Below, in pieces: positions 10,597 to 19,871 of a stretch of DNA of 64,000 bases. The stretch comes from Akkermansiaceae bacterium (GTDB lineage: Bacteria; Verrucomicrobiota; Verrucomicrobiia; Verrucomicrobiales; Akkermansiaceae). Each line of letters starts with the position of its first letter. Position 1 is the first letter of the stretch. Under the pieces are notes generated by a model that saw nothing but the letters and a program-made list of their open reading frames with translations, ran no database searches and was not told the DNA's origin. The position numbers and the translations under genes were made by a program. The stretch is from contig CAISTY010000271.1 of the NCBI GenBank assembly GCA_903888515.1, positions 1,906 to 65,905 on the forward strand, given 5' to 3'.

Positions 10597-11588
10597 GCAC
10601 ACGCATGAAAACACCAACCACCACGCTCACCACCTTCGTCCTGCTGGCGGCCTGCACCGCCGCCTCGGCAGCCGATGACGTCGCCGCAATGAAACAGTTC
10701 AAAGCCGCAGCCTGGTCCGTGGTGGGCATCGAACTGGAGCTGAAACGCATCCCGGCCGGAACCTTCACCATGGGCAGCCCCAAGGACGAGATCGCCCGGC
10801 GCGAGGACGAAGTCCAGCACGAGGTCGCCATTTCCAGACCGTTCTATATGGGTGCCTGCGAGGTCACCCAGCGCCAGTTCTACAAGCTGATGATGCCGGA
10901 TTACGATTTTGACGCATGGACATACAAGCGCGGGCCCGTCGCGGATGGTGCCGCCTTCTGTTTCCGTTATCCGACCGAGAGCGGGCTGATCTTCGGTGAA
11001 TCCTCCACGGGCGGGCCGCAAACCGATCTCAACCCCATGGAGTGCGTCACCTGGCAGCGCACACAGGCGTTCTGCGCGAAACTAACCGATATCGAGAAGC
11101 AGGCGGGACGCCTGCCCGACGGCTATGTCTATCGTCTGCCCACCGAAGCCGAATGGGAGTATGCCTGCCGCGCCGGAACAAAAGGTCCCTACAACGTGGA
11201 CGGCGACGCCACGCGCATGGTGGGCATCCGCAAGTTCGCCTGGGTGGCCGGTGCCGGCTCATCGTTTGGCACGCGCAAGGTGGGGGACAACCGGCAGCCC
11301 AATGCCTGGGGTCTCTATGACATGCACGGCAATATCGCGGAGTGGTGCCTCGATTGGTATGCGCCGTATGCCGAGGGAAAACAGACCGATCCGGCCGGAC
11401 CTGCGGAAGGCGCGGAGAAGGTCATTCGCGGCGGCAGCTTCAGCCCCGGGAGCAGCGACAAGGAGATGGATAAAGTGCATCCCTTCCTGCGCTCGGCAAG
11501 CCGCTACAGCGTGCCGCCGGACCTCGCGTATCTGGCGATCGCGGGCTTCCGCGTGGTCCTCGCACCGGAGGTGAAGGCCGGCAAGTAA
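10593..11588 (+). CDS. Secreted FGE/SUMF1-fold protein, copy F3
   Basis: ATGA overlap with the P2 stop; FGE-fold motifs as in F1. Confidence 0.9.
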   Translation: MSTRMKTPTTTLTTFVLLAACTAASAADDVAAMKQFKAAAWSVVGIELELKRIPAGTFTMGSPKDEIARREDEVQHEVAISRPFYMGACEVTQRQFYKLMMPDYDFDAWTYKRGPVADGAAFCFRYPTESGLIFGESSTGGPQTDLNPMECVTWQRTQAFCAKLTDIEKQAGRLPDGYVYRLPTEAEWEYACRAGTKGPYNVDGDATRMVGIRKFAWVAGAGSSFGTRKVGDNRQPNAWGLYDMHGNIAEWCLDWYAPYAEGKQTDPAGPAEGAEKVIRGGSFSPGSSDKEMDKVHPFLRSASRYSVPPDLAYLAIAGFRVVLAPEVKAGK

Positions 11589-11603
11589 GAAGTTGACAGT
11601 TAT

Positions 11604-13574
11604 ATGAAACAGATAGAAGATGTGCGTCAGGCCATGACAGGAATAATCAGAATCAAACAGGTGTGGAGGAATGCGGTCGTTGTGTGTGCGATGGGCATGG
11701 TCATTCCTCCCGTTCGTGCGCTCGCGCAAGATGAGACTCCGTTGACAAGTCCTAACGGCGGAGTCACCGCCACGATCACGACCAACGCGCAACGGCACCT
11801 TGCCATCGAGGTCCGCCACGCCGGCCGGCTGGTGCTGGCGTCCTCGCCTGTCGGAGTAATCGTCGATGGCCGCGACCTGGGCGAACATGCCGTGATCGGC
11901 AAGTTTCTAACGGAAACGATCGACGAGACATTTCCCTGGCGGGGGGTGAAATCCGCGGCGCGTAACAATTGTTGCCAGCGCACGATTGCGATGAATTCGC
12001 CGCAGCCCGGCACGGCATGGAAATTGCAGGTGCGGGCGTATGACGACGGTGTCGCGTGGCGGATCCTTGTTGCCGGTGACGGCGAGCACCGGGTCACCGG
12101 CGAGCCGACAGCCTTTGCGCTGCCCGAGGGAACCCGCGCCTGGTGCCAGACGAATACCGGCAACTACGAGGGATTTTATACGGTCTATCCGCTCGCGCGT
12201 GCGGCCACCAATCCCCGGCCCGCGCGGGTGGGCATGCCGGTGACCTGCGAGCTGCCCGGCGGGGGATTCGCCATGCTCAGCGAGTCTGACATCATGGGCT
12301 ACAGCGGCATGTCGCTCGACCTCGGCGAGAACGGGGTGTTCCAAGCCGTGTTTGAGGATGATCCCAGCGGGTGGACCATGAAAGGCGCGTTTGCCACGCC
12401 GTGGCGGGTGGTCGTGATCAGCGACGACCTCAACGGACTGGTCAACAGCACGCTCATCGCCAACGTCTGTCCCCCCCCCGATGCACGGTTGTTTCCCATG
12501 GGCATGCGCGAACCGTGGATCCAGCCCGGCAGATGCCTGTGGCAGTGGTGGGCCTACGGCGGGGAGGGAACGCAATGGAAACGCCAGCAGTGGTTCATTG
12601 ACAGGGCGGCCGAATTGAAGTGCCAGTATTACCTGGTTGACGAGGGTTGGGAGAATCCGAAATTCGGCTGGATCGCGGACGGGCATACTGCGTGGGACCG
12701 CATGAAGGAACTGGTGGACTACGCCGCCGCCAAGGGCGTCAAAATCTGGATTTGGAAACCGTGGAGGACGAAACCCGAATGGTTTTGGCAGGGCCTCGAG
12801 ACACCGGAAAAACGCGCCAAGGTGTTCGCCGACTGCGCTCGTATCGGCGTCGTGGGCATCAAGATCGATTTCATGGACTCCGAAAGCCAGGAGCGCCTCG
12901 AGTTCTATCGGGATTGCCTCGAACAGGCCGCGAAAAACAAGATCATGATCAACTTCCACGGTGCCAACAAGCCTGCCGGCGAGATGCGGACCTGGCCGCA
13001 TGAAATGACCCGTGAAGGGGTGCGGGGACTCGAGTATAACAAATGGATAGAGATTCCCCGCAGTCATTACGTGGCGCTGCCGTTCACACGCATGGCGGCG
13101 GGCCACGGCGACTTCACCCCGGGCGCCTTCCAGAAAGAATGCCTCAAGCAAACCAGTTGTTCCTTCCAACTGGCGACGGCAATCGTCCTCGGAACACCGG
13201 TGCTGTGCTGGGCCGACAAGCCGGATGTCTATCTCGCCCAGCCGGAACCAGTGGTGACCATGCTCCGCGAAATGCCAACCTGTTGGGACGAGACACGGGT
13301 GCTGCCCGGCAGCCGCATCGGTCACTTCGCCGCGTTCGCCCGCCGCGTCGGCAACGAGTGGTGGGTCGCCATCCTCAACGGCACCGACCAGCCGATGAAA
13401 TACCGGCTCGACCCCGTTTTCCTCGGCACCGGTGCCTGGCACGCCACCACCGTGGACGACGTGCGCCGCAAGCCCGACCAGATGAATGTCAGCCAAAGCG
13501 AATGGCACGCCGGGGAAACCATCGAGTTGTCGATCGATGGCGGCGGCGGATTCGTGGCGCGGCTGAAACAGTAA
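11604..13574 (+). CDS. Glycoside hydrolase family 97 (alpha-glucosidase/galactosidase-like)
   Basis: YYLVDEGW, GIKIDFMD, INFHGANKP, HEMTREGVRGLEY, FTRMAAGHGDFTPG and WDETRVL motifs. Confidence 0.9.
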   Translation: MKQIEDVRQAMTGIIRIKQVWRNAVVVCAMGMVIPPVRALAQDETPLTSPNGGVTATITTNAQRHLAIEVRHAGRLVLASSPVGVIVDGRDLGEHAVIGKFLTETIDETFPWRGVKSAARNNCCQRTIAMNSPQPGTAWKLQVRAYDDGVAWRILVAGDGEHRVTGEPTAFALPEGTRAWCQTNTGNYEGFYTVYPLARAATNPRPARVGMPVTCELPGGGFAMLSESDIMGYSGMSLDLGENGVFQAVFEDDPSGWTMKGAFATPWRVVVISDDLNGLVNSTLIANVCPPPDARLFPMGMREPWIQPGRCLWQWWAYGGEGTQWKRQQWFIDRAAELKCQYYLVDEGWENPKFGWIADGHTAWDRMKELVDYAAAKGVKIWIWKPWRTKPEWFWQGLETPEKRAKVFADCARIGVVGIKIDFMDSESQERLEFYRDCLEQAAKNKIMINFHGANKPAGEMRTWPHEMTREGVRGLEYNKWIEIPRSHYVALPFTRMAAGHGDFTPGAFQKECLKQTSCSFQLATAIVLGTPVLCWADKPDVYLAQPEPVVTMLREMPTCWDETRVLPGSRIGHFAAFARRVGNEWWVAILNGTDQPMKYRLDPVFLGTGAWHATTVDDVRRKPDQMNVSQSEWHAGETIELSIDGGGGFVARLKQ

Positions 13575-13583
13575 GGTGTGTTG

Positions 13584-13640
13584 ACCTGGAATCCGCAGTT
13601 GAGAAAAGGATGTAGAGGAGCAAGCGGGTCAAGTGACGGC
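13584..13640. repeat. 57-bp dispersed intergenic repeat, copy A
   Basis: Matches 18177-18233 with 3 mismatches. Confidence 0.85.
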
Positions 13641-13655
13641 CTTGTGCTGCGAGCG

Positions 13656-14189
13656 TTACTTGCCCGCGGGCGGCGCGATTGCCTGAACGTGGCTCCATGT
13701 TTGTTCTCCCACCTGCACGCCGGTCACCAAGTGGGTCGGCCAGCCCGTGCCCTTGCGCCCGGCATTGGCGTTGAACAACTCCGGCCGCTCCCGCCGGTTG
13801 ACTATCGTCTGGGTGCCGTCGGTCCACTGGATCGTGTGCGTGTAGGCTGCGACCGGGTCGTTTTTCTCCCATTTGATTCCGTCCTTGGAAACCAGGTGCG
13901 CGCCGAAGCGCGAGTGGCCGGTCAAGGTGCCGTTGCAGTCCTCGGCTATCAGGTGGTAGAGCCCGTCGCGAAATGCCAGATCGGGATCTTCCAGTTGGGC
14001 ATCAGGGCAGATATTGCGGGCAATCAAGCGGTATGATCCGTTCCAGGCATTGGCTTCGGCAATGTCTATGCGCAAGCCGCGGATACGCAACGCCAGCAGG
14101 ATCCGCCCGTCCTCATGCACATACGGCGCGGGATTGTTACAGTCTTCCCCAATGGGCAGGCATTCATCTACTGTCCACAACACTGTCAT
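13656..14189 (-). pseudogene. C-terminal fragment of a five-bladed beta-propeller glycosidase (GH43-like)
   Basis: NNPAP, LEDP, SKDGIKW and RRERP...PTHL motifs; no signal peptide or N-terminal blades. Confidence 0.6.
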
Positions 14190-14294
14190 CTGTCATGGCC
14201 TCTGGACCATTCGCGCCGCTGCCTGATCCGCGCCCCGGCGGCAAGCGGCGCCGGACCGTGGCTGGCTCACACTTGATGCCGCGCGGGGCCGGGC

Positions 14295-14369
14295 CTATTG
14301 GTTCTCCAACTTGAGCATGGCCGTGGCGAAACGTTTGCCGAGCGCCACCATGCCGGCGGTATCGTATGA
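14295..14369 (-). pseudogene. C-terminal stub resembling a sialate O-acetylesterase/CE6-type esterase
   Basis: Reads YDTAGMVALGKRFATAMLKLENQ*, with no start codon context; near-identical tail at 43210-43245. Confidence 0.45.
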
Positions 14370-14665
14370 TCACATAAACGTGTCGAATGCCTTGGGCTTC
14401 CAGAACGCGCCGAAATAAAACATGACCCAGACGTCACCGATCTTCGTGATCTGCGGATCGCCGGTTATTCCGTTGCTCTTGTCCTCGCCATTCGCCACCA
14501 CCGGCACGGCCCCGTACCTCTGCCAGTGAACCATGTCCTTCGAGACCGCCATGCCGATCCGTTCATAGCCACCGCGCATTTTCCCGTTGTAATACATCAC
14601 AAACGGAAATCCCAAACGCCACATGCTGACAGCACGGCGAGAGCCAACAAAATGGTTGTATTCAC
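14370..14665 (-). pseudogene. Internal fragment of a beta-propeller glycosidase with an out-of-frame signal-peptide remnant
   Basis: GTG-NTTILLALAVLSAC at 14665, then in another frame MYYNGK...ERIGMAVSKDMVHW...GDPQITKIGDVWVMFYFGAFW, which stops abruptly. Confidence 0.55.
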
Positions 14666-14667
14666 GG

Positions 14668-16704
14668 TCAATTGCGTTTGTCCATTCCGGCCAGTTTCGC
14701 GGTTGCGTCTTTTTTGAGATCCTCGTTCTTGCTAACGGCCAGCACCTTTGTCAGCGCGGTTTTGACCAGGGCGGGATGCGAGCGATTCAATGCTTCGGCC
14801 AGTTTCAGCACCGATTCCGCCGCCGCGTCGCCGCACTCCCGGTCATCGAGCCCCGCCATGACTATTGTCATCGCATCTTCATGCCGCAACCCGCCCAGCG
14901 CCACGAAAATTTGCTTTTTCTCAGCAGTCTCCATCGGTACATCCAGAAGGGTCCTGTATAGTTTGATCGTCTCATCCGGCTTACGATTGCTCGGAAAGCG
15001 CACCAGCCTGAGCCAGCCCGCGATGACCGCGGAGCGGAGATGTTTGTTATCCCCGGCATTGCGCGCGAGGGAAAGGAGTGCCACCAGATCATCCGTGTCG
15101 GACCAGTCGGCAAGCGCTTTAGTCGCCGATTTCCGCATTTCCTCGCTGGCGTTATCAAAAGCAGCACTCACGATTTGCAACGCTTTTCCGCCACCCAAAC
15201 GACCCACGATCTGGATCATGGCGCACCGCGCCGGCACGCCCGCAGCGGCAAATGCCGCGGTGATTTCATCGATGCAGCCGTCCCGATTGGATTGTCTGAC
15301 ACAGGCCTCATACACCGCGTTATCCACCGCCTTGTCGCCCGCGTGCTCCTTGAGAATGCCATACAGACGGGGCCGTGCAGCGTCACCAGCAAGAGATCCC
15401 AGCGCCTTGAGCGCCTCGTTGCGCAGCGCCCCATCCTTGCCCTCCGCCATATCTAACAGAACCGGCACCGCCGTCACCGCGCGGCGTTGCGCCAGACTCT
15501 GGATCAACGCGCCACACAGCGCCTCATCGGCTGCTGTCATGCGTTGCAGGATATTCTTGTCAACGTCGGCACCGTGGAGCCGGTCCAAGCTGGCGCGGGC
15601 GGTTTTGCTCGTCTCCCCGCCGCCGCCAAGCGCCGCGACGAGCACGTCCACGCTCGACGCATCGCCCACGGTCCCGAGGCACTGGAGCGCCGCCAGCCGC
15701 ACGTCGGCATTCTGGCTCTGCGCGAGCGCGTTGACTTGTGCGCAGCCGCCGGCGGCGTCATCCGCACGACCCGCCAGTACCTCGAGCACCGCCAGTTGTG
15801 CCGGCGGTGCGAGCTGCGGCAGTTTGGTGGCGAGCATGCGGCCGACGTTTTTGCCGGGAATCTCGACCAGTGCGGTCTGCGCGGCGCGTGCCATGGTTGC
15901 ATCCCCGCCCGCGATCAGCTCCAGCAATAAAGGCACCGTCTGGTCCTTCTCTATCGAGACGATGCCGCGCAGTGCCGGGATGCGCACGCCCGGCACGGTG
16001 CTCTCATCGAACGCCTTGCGGTATAACTTGGCGGCCCCGCTCTCCTTGCCGTTAGCCGCCATCGTCCTGAGGCAGAGAAACCAGGACTGCATCCTGATAG
16101 TCTCAAGCTCCTTCGGCACCTTGGCGCTGTGCAGCGCGGTGGCGGCCGCTTCGCCCCCGATGCGCCCGAGCGCCAGGATGGCGGCACGCGCAACGCCGGG
16201 GTCCTGTGCCGCCAGCAGCTTGCCGAGTTCAGGCACGGCACGCTCGTCGCCGCGGGCGCCGAGGGATCCTATCAGGCCCACCTTCACGTTGCCCGCGGCC
16301 GCGTTCATTGCCGCCAGCAAAGCCTGCCCGGCCGCATCGCCGGGCAACGCCTCAAGCGCAACGCGCGCCATGTGCGAGAGCTTCTCGTCTGGCAGCAACC
16401 TGGCAACCACCGGCACGCATTTCTCCGAGCCGACAAGACGCAGCATCTGGCAGGCAAACTGCTTGCCCGCGAATGTTGCGTCCGGCGTCTGCAACACGCG
16501 CAGCAGCCCCTGCTCGATCCCGCCGTAGCCGGCGGAACCTGCATTACGCACCTCGACCTCGAATGCCGCCAGCGCCGCCCGGCTATTACCGGAATCATAA
16601 CCTGCAATCTGCGCATAAACATCTGCTTCCGCCGCATGCGCGGTCAGCGCAAGCGCGGCCGTGATGCCCGCCACATAAACAAACCTGCCGATTTTTGTTT
16701 TCAT
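14668..16704 (-). CDS. Secreted HEAT-repeat protein
   Basis: Signal peptide; many HEAT-like repeats (VRLAALQCLG, LRNEALKALG); follows a Gfo/Idh/MocA gene, a common PVC arrangement. Confidence 0.8.
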   Translation of the reverse strand: MKTKIGRFVYVAGITAALALTAHAAEADVYAQIAGYDSGNSRAALAAFEVEVRNAGSAGYGGIEQGLLRVLQTPDATFAGKQFACQMLRLVGSEKCVPVVARLLPDEKLSHMARVALEALPGDAAGQALLAAMNAAAGNVKVGLIGSLGARGDERAVPELGKLLAAQDPGVARAAILALGRIGGEAAATALHSAKVPKELETIRMQSWFLCLRTMAANGKESGAAKLYRKAFDESTVPGVRIPALRGIVSIEKDQTVPLLLELIAGGDATMARAAQTALVEIPGKNVGRMLATKLPQLAPPAQLAVLEVLAGRADDAAGGCAQVNALAQSQNADVRLAALQCLGTVGDASSVDVLVAALGGGGETSKTARASLDRLHGADVDKNILQRMTAADEALCGALIQSLAQRRAVTAVPVLLDMAEGKDGALRNEALKALGSLAGDAARPRLYGILKEHAGDKAVDNAVYEACVRQSNRDGCIDEITAAFAAAGVPARCAMIQIVGRLGGGKALQIVSAAFDNASEEMRKSATKALADWSDTDDLVALLSLARNAGDNKHLRSAVIAGWLRLVRFPSNRKPDETIKLYRTLLDVPMETAEKKQIFVALGGLRHEDAMTIVMAGLDDRECGDAAAESVLKLAEALNRSHPALVKTALTKVLAVSKNEDLKKDATAKLAGMDKRN

Positions 16705-16773
16705 ATGACTGTTGTTGCCGCGTGTTTATTCATGAGTTATGTTGCCATAGTGTTTGTGAAATTCGCATAAGGT

Positions 16774-18060
16774 CTAACCAAGCGTCCACGGCTCGCGATA
16801 TGTTCTGCCCAGCATTGCTGCGGCGCCGGGATCGCCGATGATTTCTTCCGTCTGCGGGTTCCAGCGGATCTTGCGGCCCGTCAACATCGCGATTTCGCCT
16901 AACAGACCCACGCTGATAGAGCGGTGCGCCACTTCCGCCGGTGCCACGGTCTCCCGGCGGCTGCGCACGCACTCAATGAAGTTCGCGCAGTGATCGTCGC
17001 TTCGATAGAGCCGTATTTCCTCCGGGCCGATGACTTCGTTCATGATCCATTTGGGATGTGAATCCAATCTTCCGCGATCCACGGAAAGCCAGCCGTTCTC
17101 CCCGAACCAGGTGATCCCCGGGGTAAACCGCCCGTTGTCCGCCACCACGATCTCGAGGCCGTTGGCATATTTGCAGGTGAACCGATACGACATCAGGGTG
17201 TTCCATGTGCCGTCGCTCGGGTAGGTCGCCGATCCTTCAATCGTCACCGGCCCGGTGCGCTCCAGACCCAGGCCCCAGTGCGCGATGTCGATATGATGTC
17301 CGGCCCAGTCGGTAAGCGCTCCGCCCGCAAAGTCATGGATCCAGCGCCAGCTCCAATGCGGACCTTTATGATGGGGACCCAGGCGGGTGTATGGACGCCA
17401 CGGCGCCGGGCCCAGCCAGAAATCCCAGTCCAGACCGTCCGGCACCGGTTCCTGCGGCATCACGGGGCCCTGTATCCCGGCCGGCAGGCCGACCTCGGTG
17501 CGCAGCATCTTGCCGAGTCGCCCGTTGCGCACCAACTCGCACGCGTGGCGGAAATTGGCGGCCGACCGCTGCTGGCTGCCGGTCTGCCAGACAATGCCAT
17601 TCTGTTGGATCGCGTTGATCATGGCGCGGCCTTCGCGAATCGAACGTGCAAACGGCTTTTGTCCGAAGATGTCAATTCCGGCTTTCGCCGCCGCTATGGC
17701 CGGCAGGGCGTGCCAGTGCTCCGGCAACCCGAGGTTCACCGCATCCAGATCCCCACGTGCCAGCATCTCCCGGAAATCGAGATACCCTTTGCAGCCCGGG
17801 ATGGAACGACGATCCCTCTCCACATCGCAGACGGCGACATATTGCACGCCCGGCAGGGCCGCCAGTCCGCCCATATCGCCCGAGCCCATGGCGCCGTTGC
17901 CGATTATGCCCATTTGGATGCGGTTGCTCGGCGCGTTCGCGCCGAACACCGACGACGGCACAATCGTCGGAAACCCCAGCGCCACGCCGGCCAGCGTGCC
18001 GCCCTTGAGAAAATCCCGCCGGCTTAGTGATCCCGACTTTCCGTCATTGCGTTTTTGCAT
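16774..18060 (-). CDS. Tat-exported Gfo/Idh/MocA oxidoreductase
   Basis: SRRDFLK twin-arginine signal; GIIGNGAMG, PEHWH, GQKP, QTGSQQRS and DWAGHHID motifs. Confidence 0.9.
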   Translation of the reverse strand: MQKRNDGKSGSLSRRDFLKGGTLAGVALGFPTIVPSSVFGANAPSNRIQMGIIGNGAMGSGDMGGLAALPGVQYVAVCDVERDRRSIPGCKGYLDFREMLARGDLDAVNLGLPEHWHALPAIAAAKAGIDIFGQKPFARSIREGRAMINAIQQNGIVWQTGSQQRSAANFRHACELVRNGRLGKMLRTEVGLPAGIQGPVMPQEPVPDGLDWDFWLGPAPWRPYTRLGPHHKGPHWSWRWIHDFAGGALTDWAGHHIDIAHWGLGLERTGPVTIEGSATYPSDGTWNTLMSYRFTCKYANGLEIVVADNGRFTPGITWFGENGWLSVDRGRLDSHPKWIMNEVIGPEEIRLYRSDDHCANFIECVRSRRETVAPAEVAHRSISVGLLGEIAMLTGRKIRWNPQTEEIIGDPGAAAMLGRTYREPWTLG

Positions 18061-18176
18061 TGTAATCCATCCATATCGTTCTCTTGCTCACGAATCTTAC
18101 ATTTCTTATCATCACCCGGTTGTATTTTCTCCCCCAGCCAAACCGTCGAGCGACTGGCTTGCCGGGATCCTTGTCA

Positions 18177-18233
18177 ACCTGGAATCCGCAGTTGAGAAGA
18201 GGATGCAGAGGAGCAAGCGGGTCAAGAGACGGC
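18177..18233. repeat. 57-bp dispersed intergenic repeat, copy B
   Basis: Matches 13584-13640; its CCGCAGTTGA has an inverted partner TCAACTGCGG near 18297-18306. Confidence 0.85.
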
Positions 18234-18380
18234 TGACATGGCGGGGTGAGTGGAGTCGAACAGGGGCCACGGCGGGGCTTTTCCCCATGGTTGGATTCAA
18301 CTGCGGCGCAGTTCGGGCCAACCAATCAAGAAGCCTCTGGCCGCCACCCATAACTGTGGATTATGGGATTATATCATAAC

Positions 18381-19805
18381 TTACGGTTGTGTCCGCGCGC
18401 TGCGCTTGCGGTCGTTTTCAACGGCCTTTTCCCACGCCTCGTGGGCCGTCTTGAGTTTCCCGACAATCTCCGGATGCCCCGCCGCGAGATCGACCTTCTC
18501 GGCGGGGTCAGCCGCTAGATCATAGAGTTGGACGGCTTTACCGCTGAAATTGGTCTGCCGTGTCTTGCGGTCATACTGACCCATCAACTTCCACTTGCCA
18601 TCCATGGCCGCCACATTGTCAAGGTAGCGCCAGCAAAGAGTGCGCTTGGGCAGGGCCGCACCTTGCAGCAGCAAGGACCCGATATCGATACCGTCCAGTT
18701 CCAGATCGGACGGGGGCTTCACGCCCGCCAGCCCCAGGAATGTCGGGAACAGGTCGAGGATCGTGGCCGGTTGATCGGTGACCACACCCTGCTTGATTTT
18801 GCCGGGCCAGAAAGCGACTGCGGGCACCCGGATGCCGCCCTCTAACAGGGTATGCTTGCCGCCATTGAGGCCGCCGGCGGATCCCGCCAGATACGAGGGA
18901 CCATTGTCCGAGACAAACATGACCAGCGTGTTGTCCGTCAGCCCCTCCTCGTCCATGGCATCGATCAGGTCGCCGATCGTTTTATCCATACGCTCGACCA
19001 TCTTGATGTATTTGGCGTCGCGCTCATCCTTGTCCTGCTTCGCCTCGGACGTCTTAACCGCTTTGCCGTCCTTCCATTCCATCAACGGGCCGTCCTCCGG
19101 TCCCTGATAGGGGCTGTGCGGCGCCTGGTGGGAGATGAACAGGAAGAACGGCTTCGCCTTGTTAGCTTTGACAAACTCGACGCTGTTGTTGCCGATCAGG
19201 TCGGTGGAGTAGCCTTTGCCCTCGGTCGGTTTCAGCCCGTCCATCCAATCAACGCCGACTTTCGGATTCACATGGCTGTGGTAATCGAGAAACCCCGACA
19301 AGTGCCCTATAAACCTATCGAAGCCGCGATTGACGGGATTGAATTTTTCCGCATATCCCAGATGCCATTTGCCGAAGATGCCGGTGGTGTAACCGCCTTT
19401 CTTGAGCAGTTCGGCGACGGTTGTCTCATTGACCGGCAAGCCGGCTTCATCCCTTCCTGGTCCGGGAGTAAGGACTTCATCGACGCCGCAGCGCACATGC
19501 GAGCGGCCGGTCAGAAAACCCGCGCGGGTCGGGCTGCACACCGGGGAGTTGACACGGAAGTTGGTGAAGCGCATCCCGCATATTGCCAGCGAATCGATGT
19601 TCGGGGTTTTGATGTTCTTGTTGCCATAACATCCTAGATCGCCGTAGCCGAGATCGTCGGCCAGGATGAACACGATGTTGGGTTGCCTGGCGGCCTCGGC
19701 CGCCAGCGAAATTGCGGCGGGGAGCAACAGCCAGGCCATGCCGGTGGAGAGCCAGCACGCCGGCAACAGCGCCCGTTTGCGGAGATCGGTGATTTTCTTG
19801 TACAT
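18381..19805 (-). CDS. Cys-type arylsulfatase (family S1)
   Basis: PNIVFILADDLG, CSPTRAGFLTGR, GKWHLG, SDNG and LYDLAADP motifs. Confidence 0.92.
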   Translation of the reverse strand: MYKKITDLRKRALLPACWLSTGMAWLLLPAAISLAAEAARQPNIVFILADDLGYGDLGCYGNKNIKTPNIDSLAICGMRFTNFRVNSPVCSPTRAGFLTGRSHVRCGVDEVLTPGPGRDEAGLPVNETTVAELLKKGGYTTGIFGKWHLGYAEKFNPVNRGFDRFIGHLSGFLDYHSHVNPKVGVDWMDGLKPTEGKGYSTDLIGNNSVEFVKANKAKPFFLFISHQAPHSPYQGPEDGPLMEWKDGKAVKTSEAKQDKDERDAKYIKMVERMDKTIGDLIDAMDEEGLTDNTLVMFVSDNGPSYLAGSAGGLNGGKHTLLEGGIRVPAVAFWPGKIKQGVVTDQPATILDLFPTFLGLAGVKPPSDLELDGIDIGSLLLQGAALPKRTLCWRYLDNVAAMDGKWKLMGQYDRKTRQTNFSGKAVQLYDLAADPAEKVDLAAGHPEIVGKLKTAHEAWEKAVENDRKRSARTQP

Positions 19806-19871
19806 GATTACCGATTACCGTCCTTTGCTGGTATTCTTTCACGGCGCGGGTGCATCATTCTTTGGTTGCAA

